From: an uncultured bacterium
GTDB lineage: Bacteria > Muiribacteriota > Ozemobacteria > Ozemobacterales > Ozemobacteraceae
DNA length: 58,346 nt
Reading direction: 5' to 3'
Assembly (NCBI GenBank): GCA_964596185.1
Contig: CAZQUE010000020.1
Span: 1 to 58,346 of the forward strand
Positions 39,394-49,975 of this stretch are shown one piece after another. The position numbers and the translations under genes are program-made. The notes under the pieces are model-generated. The model was not told the origin of the DNA. It was given only the letters and a program-made list of their open reading frames with translations, and did no database searches. Within the stretch, counting starts at the first letter, position 1. Every line of letters begins with the position of its first letter.

Positions 39394-41475
39394 TCAGACC
39401 TTGAAAGAGCGCAGCAGCTCTTCGGCAACACTTTCCGGTACCTCGACATAGTGCAGAACTTCCATCGAGAAGCTGGCACGACCCTGAGAAATCGAGCGTA
39501 AATGAGTTGAATAATTGAACATTCGTGCCAGCGGAACATGGCATTCAACCATGCGCACATCCGCGTTCATCTCCATATTCACGACTTTGCCGCGTCGCGA
39601 ATTGATATTGGCGATGATATCACCGAGGTACTGCTCAGGCGTCTCAATTTTCACCAGCATGCTTGGTTCAAGCAGCACCGGGCCGGCCTTGGGCAAGCCG
39701 CTTTTCATGGCTTCGATCGCCGCGACCTTGAACGCAATAATGCTGCTGTCGACTTCATGAGCCGAACCATCCAGCAGCGTGACCTTAACATCCATGATTG
39801 GATATCCGGCCAGCGGGCCATCCTGCAAGGCATCGCGAACTCCGTCTTCAATCGCGCCATAATAAATTGCCGGCACCGTGCCACCTTTGACGTTGGTTTC
39901 GAAAACGAAACCGCTGCCACGTTCAAGCGGTTCGATTTCCATGATAACGTGCCCGTATTGGCCGCGGCCACCGGTTTGCTTGGCGCATTTGCCTTCGGTC
40001 ATGACTTTTTTACGTATGCCTTCCTTGTAAGCTACCTGCGGAGTGCCGACCAGGGCCTGAACATTGAATTCGCGCAGAATGCGGTCGATGATGATTTCAA
40101 GATGCAGCTCGCCCATTCCCGAAATTAGAGTTTGCCCCGTATCTTCATCGGTAGAGGCTTTGAAAGTCGGGTCTTCTTCCATCAGGGTATGCAGAACCGT
40201 TGACAGTTTGGCAATTTCAGCCTTGCTTTTCGGCTCGATAGACACCGAAATGACGGTTTCAGGGAAGGAAATCTTTTCAAGCACCGGCGCATCCGGGTCT
40301 GTGGCCAGGGTATCGCCGGTCCCGATTTTTTTGGGGCCGATAACCGCAACGATATCGCCGGCTTTGACTTCTTCTTTATCGATGCGTTGATTGGCATGCA
40401 TCTCGAGAATTCGGCCGATACGCTCTTTTCGCCCGCGGGTGACGTTGTAGACCTGACTGCCCGCCGTCAGCGTTCCTGAATAAACGCGCAGATACACGAT
40501 TTTGCCGATGTGGGGCAGGGCGGCGACCTTGAAAGCCATTGCCATGAAAGGGGCGTTGGGGTCGCAATCGATGGCGAACTGCTCGTCGTCGTGCTGGCTA
40601 AAGGCTTTGGCCGGGGGAATTTCTAGGGGAGATGGCAGAAAATGCACGATCGAATCGAGAAGTGCCTGAACCCCCTTGTTTTTAAATGCTGTACCGCAGA
40701 GTACTGGAACAATCTGATTGTTGATCGTTGCCTTGCGAATCGCAGTGCGAATAAGTTCGGGCGCAATTTCCTCTTCGGCAAGAAACTTTTCCATCAGCGC
40801 ATCATCGTAACAGCAAAGGTTTTCGAGCATTTCTTCGCGGGCATTCAGTGCTTTTTCGACCATGTCGGCGGGAATCTCGACGGTGATTACATTTTTCCCG
40901 AGCAGATCTTCTTCAGTCGGCAGACCGACCCGGGCCTGCATCTCGATCAGATCGACGTGACCCTGATATTGGTCTTCGGCCCCGATTGGTAGGGCTATCA
41001 TCAGCGGTGTCGCGTTCAGGCGCTCTTTAATCTGCTCGACGACCCGGTTGAAGTTGGCACCGACCCGATCCATTTTGTTGATAAAGGCTATTCTCGGAAC
41101 TTCATAGCGGTTGGCCTGGCGCCAGACCGTTTCTGACTGGGGCTGCACGCCGGCAACCGCGCAGAAAACCACGACACAGCCATCAAGAACTCTTAATGAT
41201 CTTTCCACCTCGGCGGTAAAATCGACATGGCCGGGGGTATCGATAATGTTGATTTCGGAATCGAGCCAATGACACTTGGTTGCGGCGCTGGTAATGGTAA
41301 TGCCGCGCTCCTGCTCCTGTATCATCCAGTCCATGGTGGCGGCACCGTCGTGAACTTCGCCGATCTTGTAATTGCGCCCGGTATAATAGAGAATTCGTTC
41401 GGTTGTCGTTGTTTTGCCGGCGTCGATATGAGCGATGATGCCGATGTTGCGAACGCACTTGGCTTCCGTGTTCAT
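39394..41475 (-). CDS. fusA: elongation factor G (stand-alone paralog, not in an str operon context)
   Basis: G-domain motifs AHIDAGKTT and DTPGHVDF. 693 aa. Domain IV/V motifs present. No rpsL/rpsG/tuf neighbours. Confidence 0.85.
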   Translation of the reverse strand: MNTEAKCVRNIGIIAHIDAGKTTTTERILYYTGRNYKIGEVHDGAATMDWMIQEQERGITITSAATKCHWLDSEINIIDTPGHVDFTAEVERSLRVLDGCVVVFCAVAGVQPQSETVWRQANRYEVPRIAFINKMDRVGANFNRVVEQIKERLNATPLMIALPIGAEDQYQGHVDLIEMQARVGLPTEEDLLGKNVITVEIPADMVEKALNAREEMLENLCCYDDALMEKFLAEEEIAPELIRTAIRKATINNQIVPVLCGTAFKNKGVQALLDSIVHFLPSPLEIPPAKAFSQHDDEQFAIDCDPNAPFMAMAFKVAALPHIGKIVYLRVYSGTLTAGSQVYNVTRGRKERIGRILEMHANQRIDKEEVKAGDIVAVIGPKKIGTGDTLATDPDAPVLEKISFPETVISVSIEPKSKAEIAKLSTVLHTLMEEDPTFKASTDEDTGQTLISGMGELHLEIIIDRILREFNVQALVGTPQVAYKEGIRKKVMTEGKCAKQTGGRGQYGHVIMEIEPLERGSGFVFETNVKGGTVPAIYYGAIEDGVRDALQDGPLAGYPIMDVKVTLLDGSAHEVDSSIIAFKVAAIEAMKSGLPKAGPVLLEPSMLVKIETPEQYLGDIIANINSRRGKVVNMEMNADVRMVECHVPLARMFNYSTHLRSISQGRASFSMEVLHYVEVPESVAEELLRSFKV

Positions 41476-41743
41476 TTTTAAATCCTTTGACTGAATGTTG
41501 TGACTGAGCTGTTACTTCACGGAATAGGGCAGTGATGCAAAAACCAGTTTTATTTTGAAAACCGGATTCTATAACAAATAATCCCTTTTGCCAAGCATTT
41601 AATAAAGATTATGGGGCATATTTTTCTTTTTTTTTAACTCAAACGAAATTATTGAAATCGGTAGCAGGATACATTTTTTATTCATTTGCTTATTTTGTTG
41701 TGTTACTTTGTTTAAACATCGATATTAAAAATGAGAGTGCTTT

Positions 41744-44700
41744 ATGAATGAATATGAATTTGATCAGGAAACGGGGACTGAACCGAGTAAAGAAAATGAG
41801 CTAATTAAAGCCCATATTTTGCCAAAAATTAATTTTGCGATTCAGCAATCTGATGTGTCACTAATTCAACGCGTTTCTCTTGAGAATCCCAACTCTGAAA
41901 AGTTGGAAAATCTTGTGGTTACAATTGAATCCGAGCCGGAGTTTTTTCCAAGATGGCAAAAGCAGATTCCGGTATTGGAAGGGAAAAGCTCTGTCTGTAT
42001 AAATGAGCCCGATTTGAAGCCTGGTTCGGATTTTATGGTCAGGCTCGCAGAGAGATTAAAGGGCAAGATTAATATCAGTCTCGCCAATGGTTCCATGATT
42101 TCTCAAGTTTCAAATGAATTAGAAATTCTCGCCTATAACGAATGGCCTGGCGCCAGAATTGTTCCTGAATTACTCGCTGCATACATTTTACCCAATTCAT
42201 CGGTTGTCGAAAAAATTCTTATGAATAGCCTCGAAATCCTTAAAGGCTGGGGTGACAATTCAGGCCTGACGGGTTACCAGGAAAAAGACGGGAAAAAGGT
42301 TCTCAGAGTTGCTGCCGCCATCTTCAATTCTGTATGCATGCTTGGACTTAATTATGCTGTTGCCCCGGCAAGTTTTGAAGATCACGGTCAGAAAATTCGT
42401 TTTCCTGAAAAAATTGCTGAAAGTTTGTTAGGAAACTGTCTTGATTTGTCGCTGCTTTTAGCCGGTTGCCTTGAAAGCGCCGGCATCAATCCAATCATCA
42501 TTTTTACTGAAGGGCATGCTTTTGTCGGTTTCTGGCTAAAAGACGAAAGTTTCCCTTTAAGCTGGCTGGATGAAGTTTTACCATTGAAAAAACGAGTTGA
42601 GCTGGGTGAAATATGTGTTTTTGAAACGACCGTTTTAACAGGCCCCGGTGGCGATTTTGATACGGCCAGAAGCATTGCTGAAAACAAACTGTCAGAAAAT
42701 GATTTTGTCGGTTTGCTCGATGTAAAAAGAAGTCGCTCACACAACATCAGACCATTGCCGGTGACCTTTAAAGACGGCAAAGTTCAGTTTAAAGCCGATT
42801 TTGTCGTGTCAAAGGAAACTGAAGCCATTCAGAAATTTTTACCTCCTAAGGAAACTGACATAATTGTTGCCGAGAGCGGGGAAAAAGAAAAAAAGACCGA
42901 AAGCCGCATAGATCAATGGAAAAGGAAACTGCTTGATCTTACCTTGCGCAATCGATTACTAAATTTCAAAGAAACTAAAAAGAGTTTGCGAATTCTTACA
43001 CCCTCATTAGGTAAGCTTGAAGATATGCTTGCCGATGGTAAAGAGATTCAGATCAAGGCAATTCCGGACAACATTCTTGGTGGACGCAGCAGAAGTTTGT
43101 TTCTTGAGAATACCGGCAAAGATCTCATAAGCGAGTTTCTTAACAAAGAGTTTCAACAGCATAGAATTTATTCTGATCAAACAGAAAACGAATTGTCGAA
43201 AGGCCTTACGGAAATTTATCGAGAGGCTAGAAATACACTTCAGGAAGGTGGCGCAAATACCTTATTTTTGGGCGCTGGTTTTTTAAATTGGTATGAATCT
43301 GATACCAGCGATTTAAAGCGCTGTGCGCCAATCATTCTGATTCCGCTGGAAATACGAAGGAATTCCGTTCAGGAAGGTTTTCGTATTTGTCAAAGAGATG
43401 AAGAGGCGCAGATAAATGTAACCCTTCTCGAGCTTCTGAAAACCGACTTTGGCCTTGATATTAAGGGGCTTGATCCGCTGCCGTTAGATGATCACGGCAT
43501 TGACCTGGATAAGATTCTGAACACTTTCAGGCGGGCCATCCTTAACATTAGCCGTTGGGAGGTCACTGAAGATTCTTTTGTCGGTTTGTTTCATTTTCAG
43601 AAATTCCTGATGTGGAAAGATCTTGAAAGTAGAACTGATAAACTTCTTGATAACCCGGTTGTTAATCATCTGGTAAATGGTTCTGATCAAAGCTTTCCCG
43701 TTCAGGGCGATTTTCCGATTGCGCAGGAGCTTGATCAAAAATATTCATTAAAAGAGACATTTTGCCCGCTTAGCGCCGATAGCTCACAATTGGTTGCCGT
43801 TCATTCGGCTGCACTTGGCAGAAGCTTCGTGTTGCACGGGCCACCAGGCACAGGCAAGTCGCAAACCATTACCAATATCATTGCTCACAGTATCGCGACG
43901 GGAAAAACTGTTTTGTTTGTTTCTGAAAAGGCTGCCGCACTGAATGTGGTCTATAAAAGACTGTCGAATATCGGTCTGGCACCATTTTGTCTTGAACTTC
44001 ACTCCAATAAGAGCAGCAAGTCTGAGGTGCTGAAGCAGCTTAGCGATGGTTTGAATGCATCTTTTTCCATAAACGATCAAGAATGGGTAGATCAAGCCAG
44101 GCAGCTTGAACAACTTCGTTCAGAACTTAATCAGGTGGCTGACTTGCTTCACAGGGTTCACCCCCTGGGAATATCTCTTTTTCAGGGGATCGGTAAGGTT
44201 TCCTCTCTTAAGGATATGCCGTCAGTTGAATTGAACTGGAATAATTATCTGGAAATTTCAAAAGAACGATTGGAAAAAGTTCTCGATAATCTGCAGCGCC
44301 TGAAAATAACCGGTAAAGCATTTGCAAGTTCTGAAAACAATCCCTGGCAAGGCACCACTGTCATTGAATGGACAATGTCTCTGAACACTGAAATAGAAAA
44401 ACTTGCCCATTCCCTGGAGGAGCAATCTTCGCAGCTGGAAAGCCTTTTTCAACAATTGTCAAAAGATTTGCCCGGCTTGAAAAGGCCGGAGAATTTAGCC
44501 GAAATCAGTCATATTGGAAATTACTTTGAAAATCTTGTCAAGCTCAAAACTGATTCAACGAAGTTGCTAACCAATACCGATTGGGAACCGGCAAGAAAAA
44601 AGTTAGAAAATCTGATCGAGATTGGTCTGGAGTTTACCAGGCTTAGAGATTTAATTTTTGAAACTTTTTCACCCGAGTTCCTTGGTCAGGATCTTGCTTC

Positions 44701-47638
44701 TTTTCACCGAGACTGGAAGCTTGCTTGTGATAGTTGGTGGCCAAAATCCTGGTTTGCCAAAAGAACCATTTTCAATGAAATTTGCCAATTCCTGAACCAT
44801 GGAAAAAATATCGATAAAGAGCAACTCGACAGTCTTCTTTCGCAGGGTGTTGCTGCTAAAGAGAAACTGGCGGCAATCAAGGATAACGGCGATTTCGCTC
44901 TGGAGTGTATTGGTTCACTCTGGGAAAATGAGAATTCTGATTGGAGCTTAATAAGATCTGAACTAGAATTGATAGACAAGCAAAAATTTTGCTTGAAAAT
45001 TCTCAGTCGCAAGGACGCTGCCGAGTTTAAAAGAATAAATGAAATGGTTTTGCATCATTTCGCGACAGTTAAAGCAATGAAGGCAGTTGATTCAGAAACC
45101 TTGAATGTTTGCTTGAAATTCAAAGTTGCTTCTGCCAATCTGATTAGTAGCGCAGAAACAATTTTTGAAAAATTGAAATTCAGTGCACCAGATACTCATG
45201 AAGATTTTTTCGATTTCTTGAAGAATCTTGGTCGAACCTGGCGCAAAAACACAGATACTTTACGAAGCTGGAGCCTGTTCAATAAAACCATTGCCGAAGC
45301 CGAAGAAAACGGTTTGCCTGAAATAATCAAAGCCCTTGAAGAAAAGGAATTTGGTTTGGATGTTGCTGATAAGGTTTTTGAAAAAAGTTTTTTCAAAAGT
45401 TGGACGGCCGAGTTGATTGATCAACATTCTGAACTTAGAGACTTTTCGGGTGAAATTCATAACAGTAGAGTTGAAAAATTTCAGGAGATCGACGAAAAAT
45501 TTCTGGCTTCGACCCGCAAAGTTCTGGTCAGCAGATTGGCCGAAAAAATACCACAAAATGGGCAAAATGCCGTCGGAAACTCTGAGATGGGCATTCTCAA
45601 CCGCGAAATAAGAAAAAAACGCCAACACAAGCCCCTGAGAATTTTGTTCCAGGAGACCTCCAACCTTTTGCCCAGGCTCAAGCCGTGCTTTTTAATGAGT
45701 CCTCTTTCTGTAGCCCAATATCTTTCGACTGAACAGCCTCTGTTTGATCTGGTAATTTTCGATGAGGCCTCGCAGATGCCGGTATGGGATGCAATCGGTG
45801 CCATTGCCCGTGGGAAAAACCTTATTGTGGTGGGCGACCCCAGGCAATTGCCGCCCACGAGCTTCTTCAGCAAGTCAGAAGGCTCAGACTGGGAAGAGGC
45901 CGAATTTGTCGAAGACCTTGACAGTATTCTTGAAGATTGTCTGGCAGCCGGTTTGCCCAGTCTCTACCTGAACTGGCACTACCGAAGTCTCCACGAATCT
46001 CTAATCGCATTCAGCAACTTTAATTATTATGACAATCGGCTTCACACTTTCCCTTCAGCTTATTTTGAGGGCTTGGGGCTTAACCTTGTCCATGTTAAAG
46101 AAGGTATTTACGACAAAGGCAAATCCAGAACGAATAGAATCGAGGCTGAGCGCATCGTGGCCCATATTGTAAAGCGGTTGAAAGATCCGGCATTGAACGT
46201 TTTTTCAATCGGTGTCGTTACTTTCAATGCCAGTCAGCAAAGTCTCATTGAAGATCTGCTCGACGAAGAAAGAAGAAAGAGCCCGGAGATTGAGCCTTTT
46301 TTCAGCGAAAACAATTCGGAAAGCCTTTTTGTAAAAAATCTTGAAAATGTTCAGGGTGATGAACGTGATGTCATCATATTTTCAATTTGTTATGGCAGAG
46401 ATTTAAATGGCCGAATGAGTATGAATTTTGGTCCTGTAAACAAGGCCGGTGGTGAAAGACGACTTAACGTTGCCGTGACCAGAGCTCGTCGCGAGGTTCT
46501 GGTTTTTTCTTCAATCTTGCCTGATGAAATTGATCTTTCACGAACCAGAGCGATTGGTGTCAAACATCTTAAGTCTTACCTCGATTTTGCCAGAAGAGGC
46601 GAACAGGCAATTAAAGAAACCATCTCCGAATTTAATCAGGAGCTTTATGATTCGCCATTTGAAAAAGAAGTTGCAGAGGCATTGAGGCAAAAAGGTTTTG
46701 AAGTTCACACCCAAATTGGTTGCTCTGGTTATAAAATTGATCTTGCGGTTGTTCACCCGGAATACCCCGGCAGATACCTTCTCGGCATAGAATGTGACGG
46801 TGCGGCCTATCATTCCGCTAAATGTGCCCGCGAAAGAGACAAATTGCGTCAATCTGTTTTAGAAAGCCTGGGCTGGAAATTGCATCGGGTCTGGTCGACT
46901 GACTGGTGGCATGATTCTTCAAGAGAGGTTGAAAAAACGATAAAAAAGATCGAAGATGTTTCGAAAGAGCCACTTGCCGAGTTTGCGTCGATCAGTCCGG
47001 TAGCAGAAAAAGAGCGGGTTGTTGATTTTTCTGCACCATTCGAAAGTAGCTATTTGAATAACCAACCAACTAATCCCTTTGAAAAGTCATACACTGAATG
47101 GCGACCTTCTGAAAGTTTATTCAACTCCGATCAATTCTATTCCTCAGTTTATGACTACAGAATCAAAAAACTGATTTCAGAGATTGTCAATTTTGAAGGT
47201 CCGATAACCTTAACAAATCTTACCAGAAAGGTTTGTACGCAATTTCAAATCAGTCGGGCCACACAAAAGGCTCAGCATAGAATCGAGACTTTAGCCAGGG
47301 GCTGCGGCGGAATTTCTCAAGAAATATACAATAACCAGCTTTCATACTGGCCGGAAACCCTGACAATTTCAGATTACAGAGAGTTTCGAAAAAATACCGA
47401 CACGGCTTCAAGAAAAGCAGAAGATATACCGCATCAGGAAGTGGCTGTTGCGGCATTCTCTGTTCTAAGTGAAAATATAAGCATTGAAATTCCTGATCTG
47501 GTAAGGGCTACCGCAAATTGCTTCGGCTTTTCAAGAGTAGGCCAGAATGTTGAAGGCTCAATGCTTGTTGGCATTGAATACATGATCCAAAACTTTCCGG
47601 TGAATAAAGAAGGCGAAAGAGTTGTCTGCACCCAATAG
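41744..47638 (+). CDS. giant DNA-helicase-related protein: transglutaminase-like N-domain + DUF4011 + SF1 (Upf1-like AAA_11/AAA_12) helicase + DUF3320 + DUF559/REase_MTES_1575 endonuclease-like C-terminus
   Basis: 1964 aa. Cys/His/Asp transglutaminase-like core (GNCLDLS...EGHAFVGF). Walker A GPPGTGKSQT. Motif II/III region VVGDPRQLPP. Motif V/VI NVQGDERDVIIFS..NVAVTRAR. C-terminal GIECDGAAYHS...RD..R...L...GW...RVWSTDW. Confidence 0.75.
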   Translation: MNEYEFDQETGTEPSKENELIKAHILPKINFAIQQSDVSLIQRVSLENPNSEKLENLVVTIESEPEFFPRWQKQIPVLEGKSSVCINEPDLKPGSDFMVRLAERLKGKINISLANGSMISQVSNELEILAYNEWPGARIVPELLAAYILPNSSVVEKILMNSLEILKGWGDNSGLTGYQEKDGKKVLRVAAAIFNSVCMLGLNYAVAPASFEDHGQKIRFPEKIAESLLGNCLDLSLLLAGCLESAGINPIIIFTEGHAFVGFWLKDESFPLSWLDEVLPLKKRVELGEICVFETTVLTGPGGDFDTARSIAENKLSENDFVGLLDVKRSRSHNIRPLPVTFKDGKVQFKADFVVSKETEAIQKFLPPKETDIIVAESGEKEKKTESRIDQWKRKLLDLTLRNRLLNFKETKKSLRILTPSLGKLEDMLADGKEIQIKAIPDNILGGRSRSLFLENTGKDLISEFLNKEFQQHRIYSDQTENELSKGLTEIYREARNTLQEGGANTLFLGAGFLNWYESDTSDLKRCAPIILIPLEIRRNSVQEGFRICQRDEEAQINVTLLELLKTDFGLDIKGLDPLPLDDHGIDLDKILNTFRRAILNISRWEVTEDSFVGLFHFQKFLMWKDLESRTDKLLDNPVVNHLVNGSDQSFPVQGDFPIAQELDQKYSLKETFCPLSADSSQLVAVHSAALGRSFVLHGPPGTGKSQTITNIIAHSIATGKTVLFVSEKAAALNVVYKRLSNIGLAPFCLELHSNKSSKSEVLKQLSDGLNASFSINDQEWVDQARQLEQLRSELNQVADLLHRVHPLGISLFQGIGKVSSLKDMPSVELNWNNYLEISKERLEKVLDNLQRLKITGKAFASSENNPWQGTTVIEWTMSLNTEIEKLAHSLEEQSSQLESLFQQLSKDLPGLKRPENLAEISHIGNYFENLVKLKTDSTKLLTNTDWEPARKKLENLIEIGLEFTRLRDLIFETFSPEFLGQDLASFHRDWKLACDSWWPKSWFAKRTIFNEICQFLNHGKNIDKEQLDSLLSQGVAAKEKLAAIKDNGDFALECIGSLWENENSDWSLIRSELELIDKQKFCLKILSRKDAAEFKRINEMVLHHFATVKAMKAVDSETLNVCLKFKVASANLISSAETIFEKLKFSAPDTHEDFFDFLKNLGRTWRKNTDTLRSWSLFNKTIAEAEENGLPEIIKALEEKEFGLDVADKVFEKSFFKSWTAELIDQHSELRDFSGEIHNSRVEKFQEIDEKFLASTRKVLVSRLAEKIPQNGQNAVGNSEMGILNREIRKKRQHKPLRILFQETSNLLPRLKPCFLMSPLSVAQYLSTEQPLFDLVIFDEASQMPVWDAIGAIARGKNLIVVGDPRQLPPTSFFSKSEGSDWEEAEFVEDLDSILEDCLAAGLPSLYLNWHYRSLHESLIAFSNFNYYDNRLHTFPSAYFEGLGLNLVHVKEGIYDKGKSRTNRIEAERIVAHIVKRLKDPALNVFSIGVVTFNASQQSLIEDLLDEERRKSPEIEPFFSENNSESLFVKNLENVQGDERDVIIFSICYGRDLNGRMSMNFGPVNKAGGERRLNVAVTRARREVLVFSSILPDEIDLSRTRAIGVKHLKSYLDFARRGEQAIKETISEFNQELYDSPFEKEVAEALRQKGFEVHTQIGCSGYKIDLAVVHPEYPGRYLLGIECDGAAYHSAKCARERDKLRQSVLESLGWKLHRVWSTDWWHDSSREVEKTIKKIEDVSKEPLAEFASISPVAEKERVVDFSAPFESSYLNNQPTNPFEKSYTEWRPSESLFNSDQFYSSVYDYRIKKLISEIVNFEGPITLTNLTRKVCTQFQISRATQKAQHRIETLARGCGGISQEIYNNQLSYWPETLTISDYREFRKNTDTASRKAEDIPHQEVAVAAFSVLSENISIEIPDLVRATANCFGFSRVGQNVEGSMLVGIEYMIQNFPVNKEGERVVCTQ

Positions 47639-47705
47639 GCCTGGACATTTTATTATTACAATAAACTGTATTATACAAAGTCATTTGACAATTCTTTTCG
47701 AAAAA

Positions 47706-47764
47706 TTGCAAAAATGTTATTTTTGCAAAAAAGCTTGACTCTTTATCTCTAAATTTGCTAAAAA
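47706..47764 (+). promoter_or_regulatory. perfect inverted repeat TTGCAAAAA-TGTTA-TTTTTGCAA next to a sigma70-like -35 TTGACT / -10 TAAAAT upstream of the hsd operon
   Basis: Palindrome at 47706-47728. TTGACT at 47735-40. 18-nt spacer. TAAAAT at about 47759-64. Lies in the AT-rich 160-bp leader before the first hsdS. Confidence 0.3.
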
Positions 47765-47809
47765 TGTAGTAACGACATTTTTGTAAATTTAAGTTGAGTG
47801 ATTCGGTTA

Positions 47810-48400
47810 ATGAAAATCAAGCTGAAAAAGATGGCAGATGTCCAGACCGGCTATTCGTTTCGGGGTCGAATCGAGCCCGATTCTGCCGGCGGCTTGGCGG
47901 TCATTCAAATGAAAGACCTGCAGGCTGATAACACCGTAGATTTTTCGAGCCTGACGATGGTCGATATGTCTGACGTAAAGTCTCATCACCTTGTTGAATC
48001 GGGTGACCTTGTCTTTAGATCGCGTGGTCTGGAAACTTCGGCCGCAATTGTTTTAGCAAGCCCAGGCCAGGCGATAGTTTCGGCCCCGCTATTGAGAATC
48101 AGGGTTAAGAAAACTGCAAAAATTTTGCCCGAATATCTGAACTGGTATTTGGCTCAGACCCTGGCGCAGGCCTATTTCAACAGTTACGCGATCGGTACTG
48201 CTCAGAAAATCATTAACAAAGAAGTCCTTGAAGAACTTGAAGTCTTCGTCCCGCCTTTGAAATTGCAGAAAAAAATCGTTGAACTGGCTGCTTTGGCTGA
48301 ATCAGAAAAAATGCTCGTCGAGGCAATAACCCGAAAAAGAAAACAATACGTTGCAGCGCTGCTGATGCGTGCTGTAAAAGGAGAAGCAGATGAACGCTAA
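47810..48400 (+). CDS. hsdS: type I restriction-modification specificity subunit, half-size (single TRD plus central conserved helix)
   Basis: Begins like an HsdS TRD (MADVQTGYSFRG). Ends with the conserved VFVPPLKLQKKIVE...LV block. ~197 aa. Stop overlaps the hsdM start. The GTG at 47798 or the ATG at 47831 are alternative starts. Confidence 0.6.
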   Translation: MKIKLKKMADVQTGYSFRGRIEPDSAGGLAVIQMKDLQADNTVDFSSLTMVDMSDVKSHHLVESGDLVFRSRGLETSAAIVLASPGQAIVSAPLLRIRVKKTAKILPEYLNWYLAQTLAQAYFNSYAIGTAQKIINKEVLEELEVFVPPLKLQKKIVELAALAESEKMLVEAITRKRKQYVAALLMRAVKGEADER

Positions 48401-49958
48401 AATTGATCAAAAAGACATAAACAACGCCGCCTGGGCCGCTTGCGACACTTTTCGCGGCGTGGTCGATCCGGCACAGTACAAAGACTACATTCTAGTCATG
48501 CTTTTTCTTAAGTATATTTCCGATGTCTGGCAGGACCACTATGAAACCTACCGTCAACAATACGGTGAAGATGATGTAAGAATCAGGCGCAAGCTTGAGC
48601 GCGAGCGTTTTGTGCTGCCGAATATCAAACTAACCGAAAAGAATGAAAAAACAGGTGAAGAAGCTGTTCTAGATGAGTTTCCGGCAACTTTTTATGCGCT
48701 TTACGAACGTCGTTCCGAGCCTAACATCGGCGAGCTGATCAATATCGTTCTCGATCATATTGAAGAAGCCAACAAAAGCAAGCTTGAGGGCGTTTTTAGA
48801 AATATTGACTTCAACAGCGAGGGCAATCTTGGCAAGACCAAAGACCGAAATCGTCGCCTCAAACAATTGCTTGAAGATTTCCACAAACCCCAGCTCGATA
48901 TGAAACCGAGTCTGGTTGCCGAAGACGTTATCGGCAATACCTATATCTACCTAATCGAAAGATTTGCTTCTGATTCGGGAAAAAAGGCTGGCGAATTCTT
49001 TACGCCGCTCAAGGTTACTGAGCTTGTCGCCATGCTTGCTGCGCCGAAAACGGGCGATCGAATCTGCGATCCGGCCTGCGGCTCGGGCGGGCTTTTGATT
49101 CAGGCTGCTCGGCAGGTCGGCGACCGGGATTTCGCTCTTTTCGGTCAGGAATCAAATGGCAGCACCTGGGCCCTTTGCCGCATGAACATGTTTCTTCACA
49201 GTTTTGACAGTGCCAGGGTCGAATGGTGCGACACTCTCAACAGTCCGTTGCTGGTTGAAAATGATCGATTGATGAAATTCAATTGCGTTGTTGCAAATCC
49301 GCCTTTTTCGCTTGATAAATGGGGGGCTGAAAACGCCGAAAGCGACCAGTATAATCGCTTCTGGCGTGGTGTGCCGCCGAAGAGTAAGGGTGACTGGGCT
49401 TTTATCAGTCACATGGTTGAGGTCGCCATTGAAAAAGCCGGTCGGGTGGCAGTGGTAGTGCCGCATGGGGTGCTGTTCAGAGGAGCCGCCGAAGGGCGAA
49501 TTCGTCGCAAAATGATTGAAGAAAACCTGCTCGATGCCGTCATCGGTTTGCCCGGCAATCTGTTTCCGACAACTAATATTCCCGTGGCTATCCTGGTATT
49601 CGATCGGGCCCGCGAAAAAGGCGGCGCACGAGAATCCTGCAAAGATGTTATTTTTATCGACGCCAGCTCTGAATTTACCCCCGGCAAAAATCAGAACACC
49701 CTGTCTGATGAGAACCTCGAAAAGATCATGACCACTTTCAAAGCTCGCAGGGAGGTCGAAAAATATGCCCATCTGGCAACGTTTGAAGAAATTAAAGAGA
49801 ATGACTTCAATCTTAATATTCCGCGTTATGTTGACACCTTTGAAGAAGAAGAAGAGATCGATATCGACGCGGTTCAGCTTGAAATAGAACAGCTCGAGAA
49901 AGAGCTGGCCGAAGTGCGTCTGCAGATGGCTGAAAAAATCGCTCAGATCGAGCGGTAG
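48390..49958 (+). CDS. hsdM: type I restriction-modification DNA methyltransferase subunit (N6-adenine)
   Basis: HsdM N-domain. AdoMet motif I DPACGSGG. Motif IV NPPFS. C-terminal acidic coiled coil. Confidence 0.85.
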   Translation: MNAKIDQKDINNAAWAACDTFRGVVDPAQYKDYILVMLFLKYISDVWQDHYETYRQQYGEDDVRIRRKLERERFVLPNIKLTEKNEKTGEEAVLDEFPATFYALYERRSEPNIGELINIVLDHIEEANKSKLEGVFRNIDFNSEGNLGKTKDRNRRLKQLLEDFHKPQLDMKPSLVAEDVIGNTYIYLIERFASDSGKKAGEFFTPLKVTELVAMLAAPKTGDRICDPACGSGGLLIQAARQVGDRDFALFGQESNGSTWALCRMNMFLHSFDSARVEWCDTLNSPLLVENDRLMKFNCVVANPPFSLDKWGAENAESDQYNRFWRGVPPKSKGDWAFISHMVEVAIEKAGRVAVVVPHGVLFRGAAEGRIRRKMIEENLLDAVIGLPGNLFPTTNIPVAILVFDRAREKGGARESCKDVIFIDASSEFTPGKNQNTLSDENLEKIMTTFKARREVEKYAHLATFEEIKENDFNLNIPRYVDTFEEEEEIDIDAVQLEIEQLEKELAEVRLQMAEKIAQIER

Positions 49959-49975
49959 ATTCCGGGAGGTATTAC

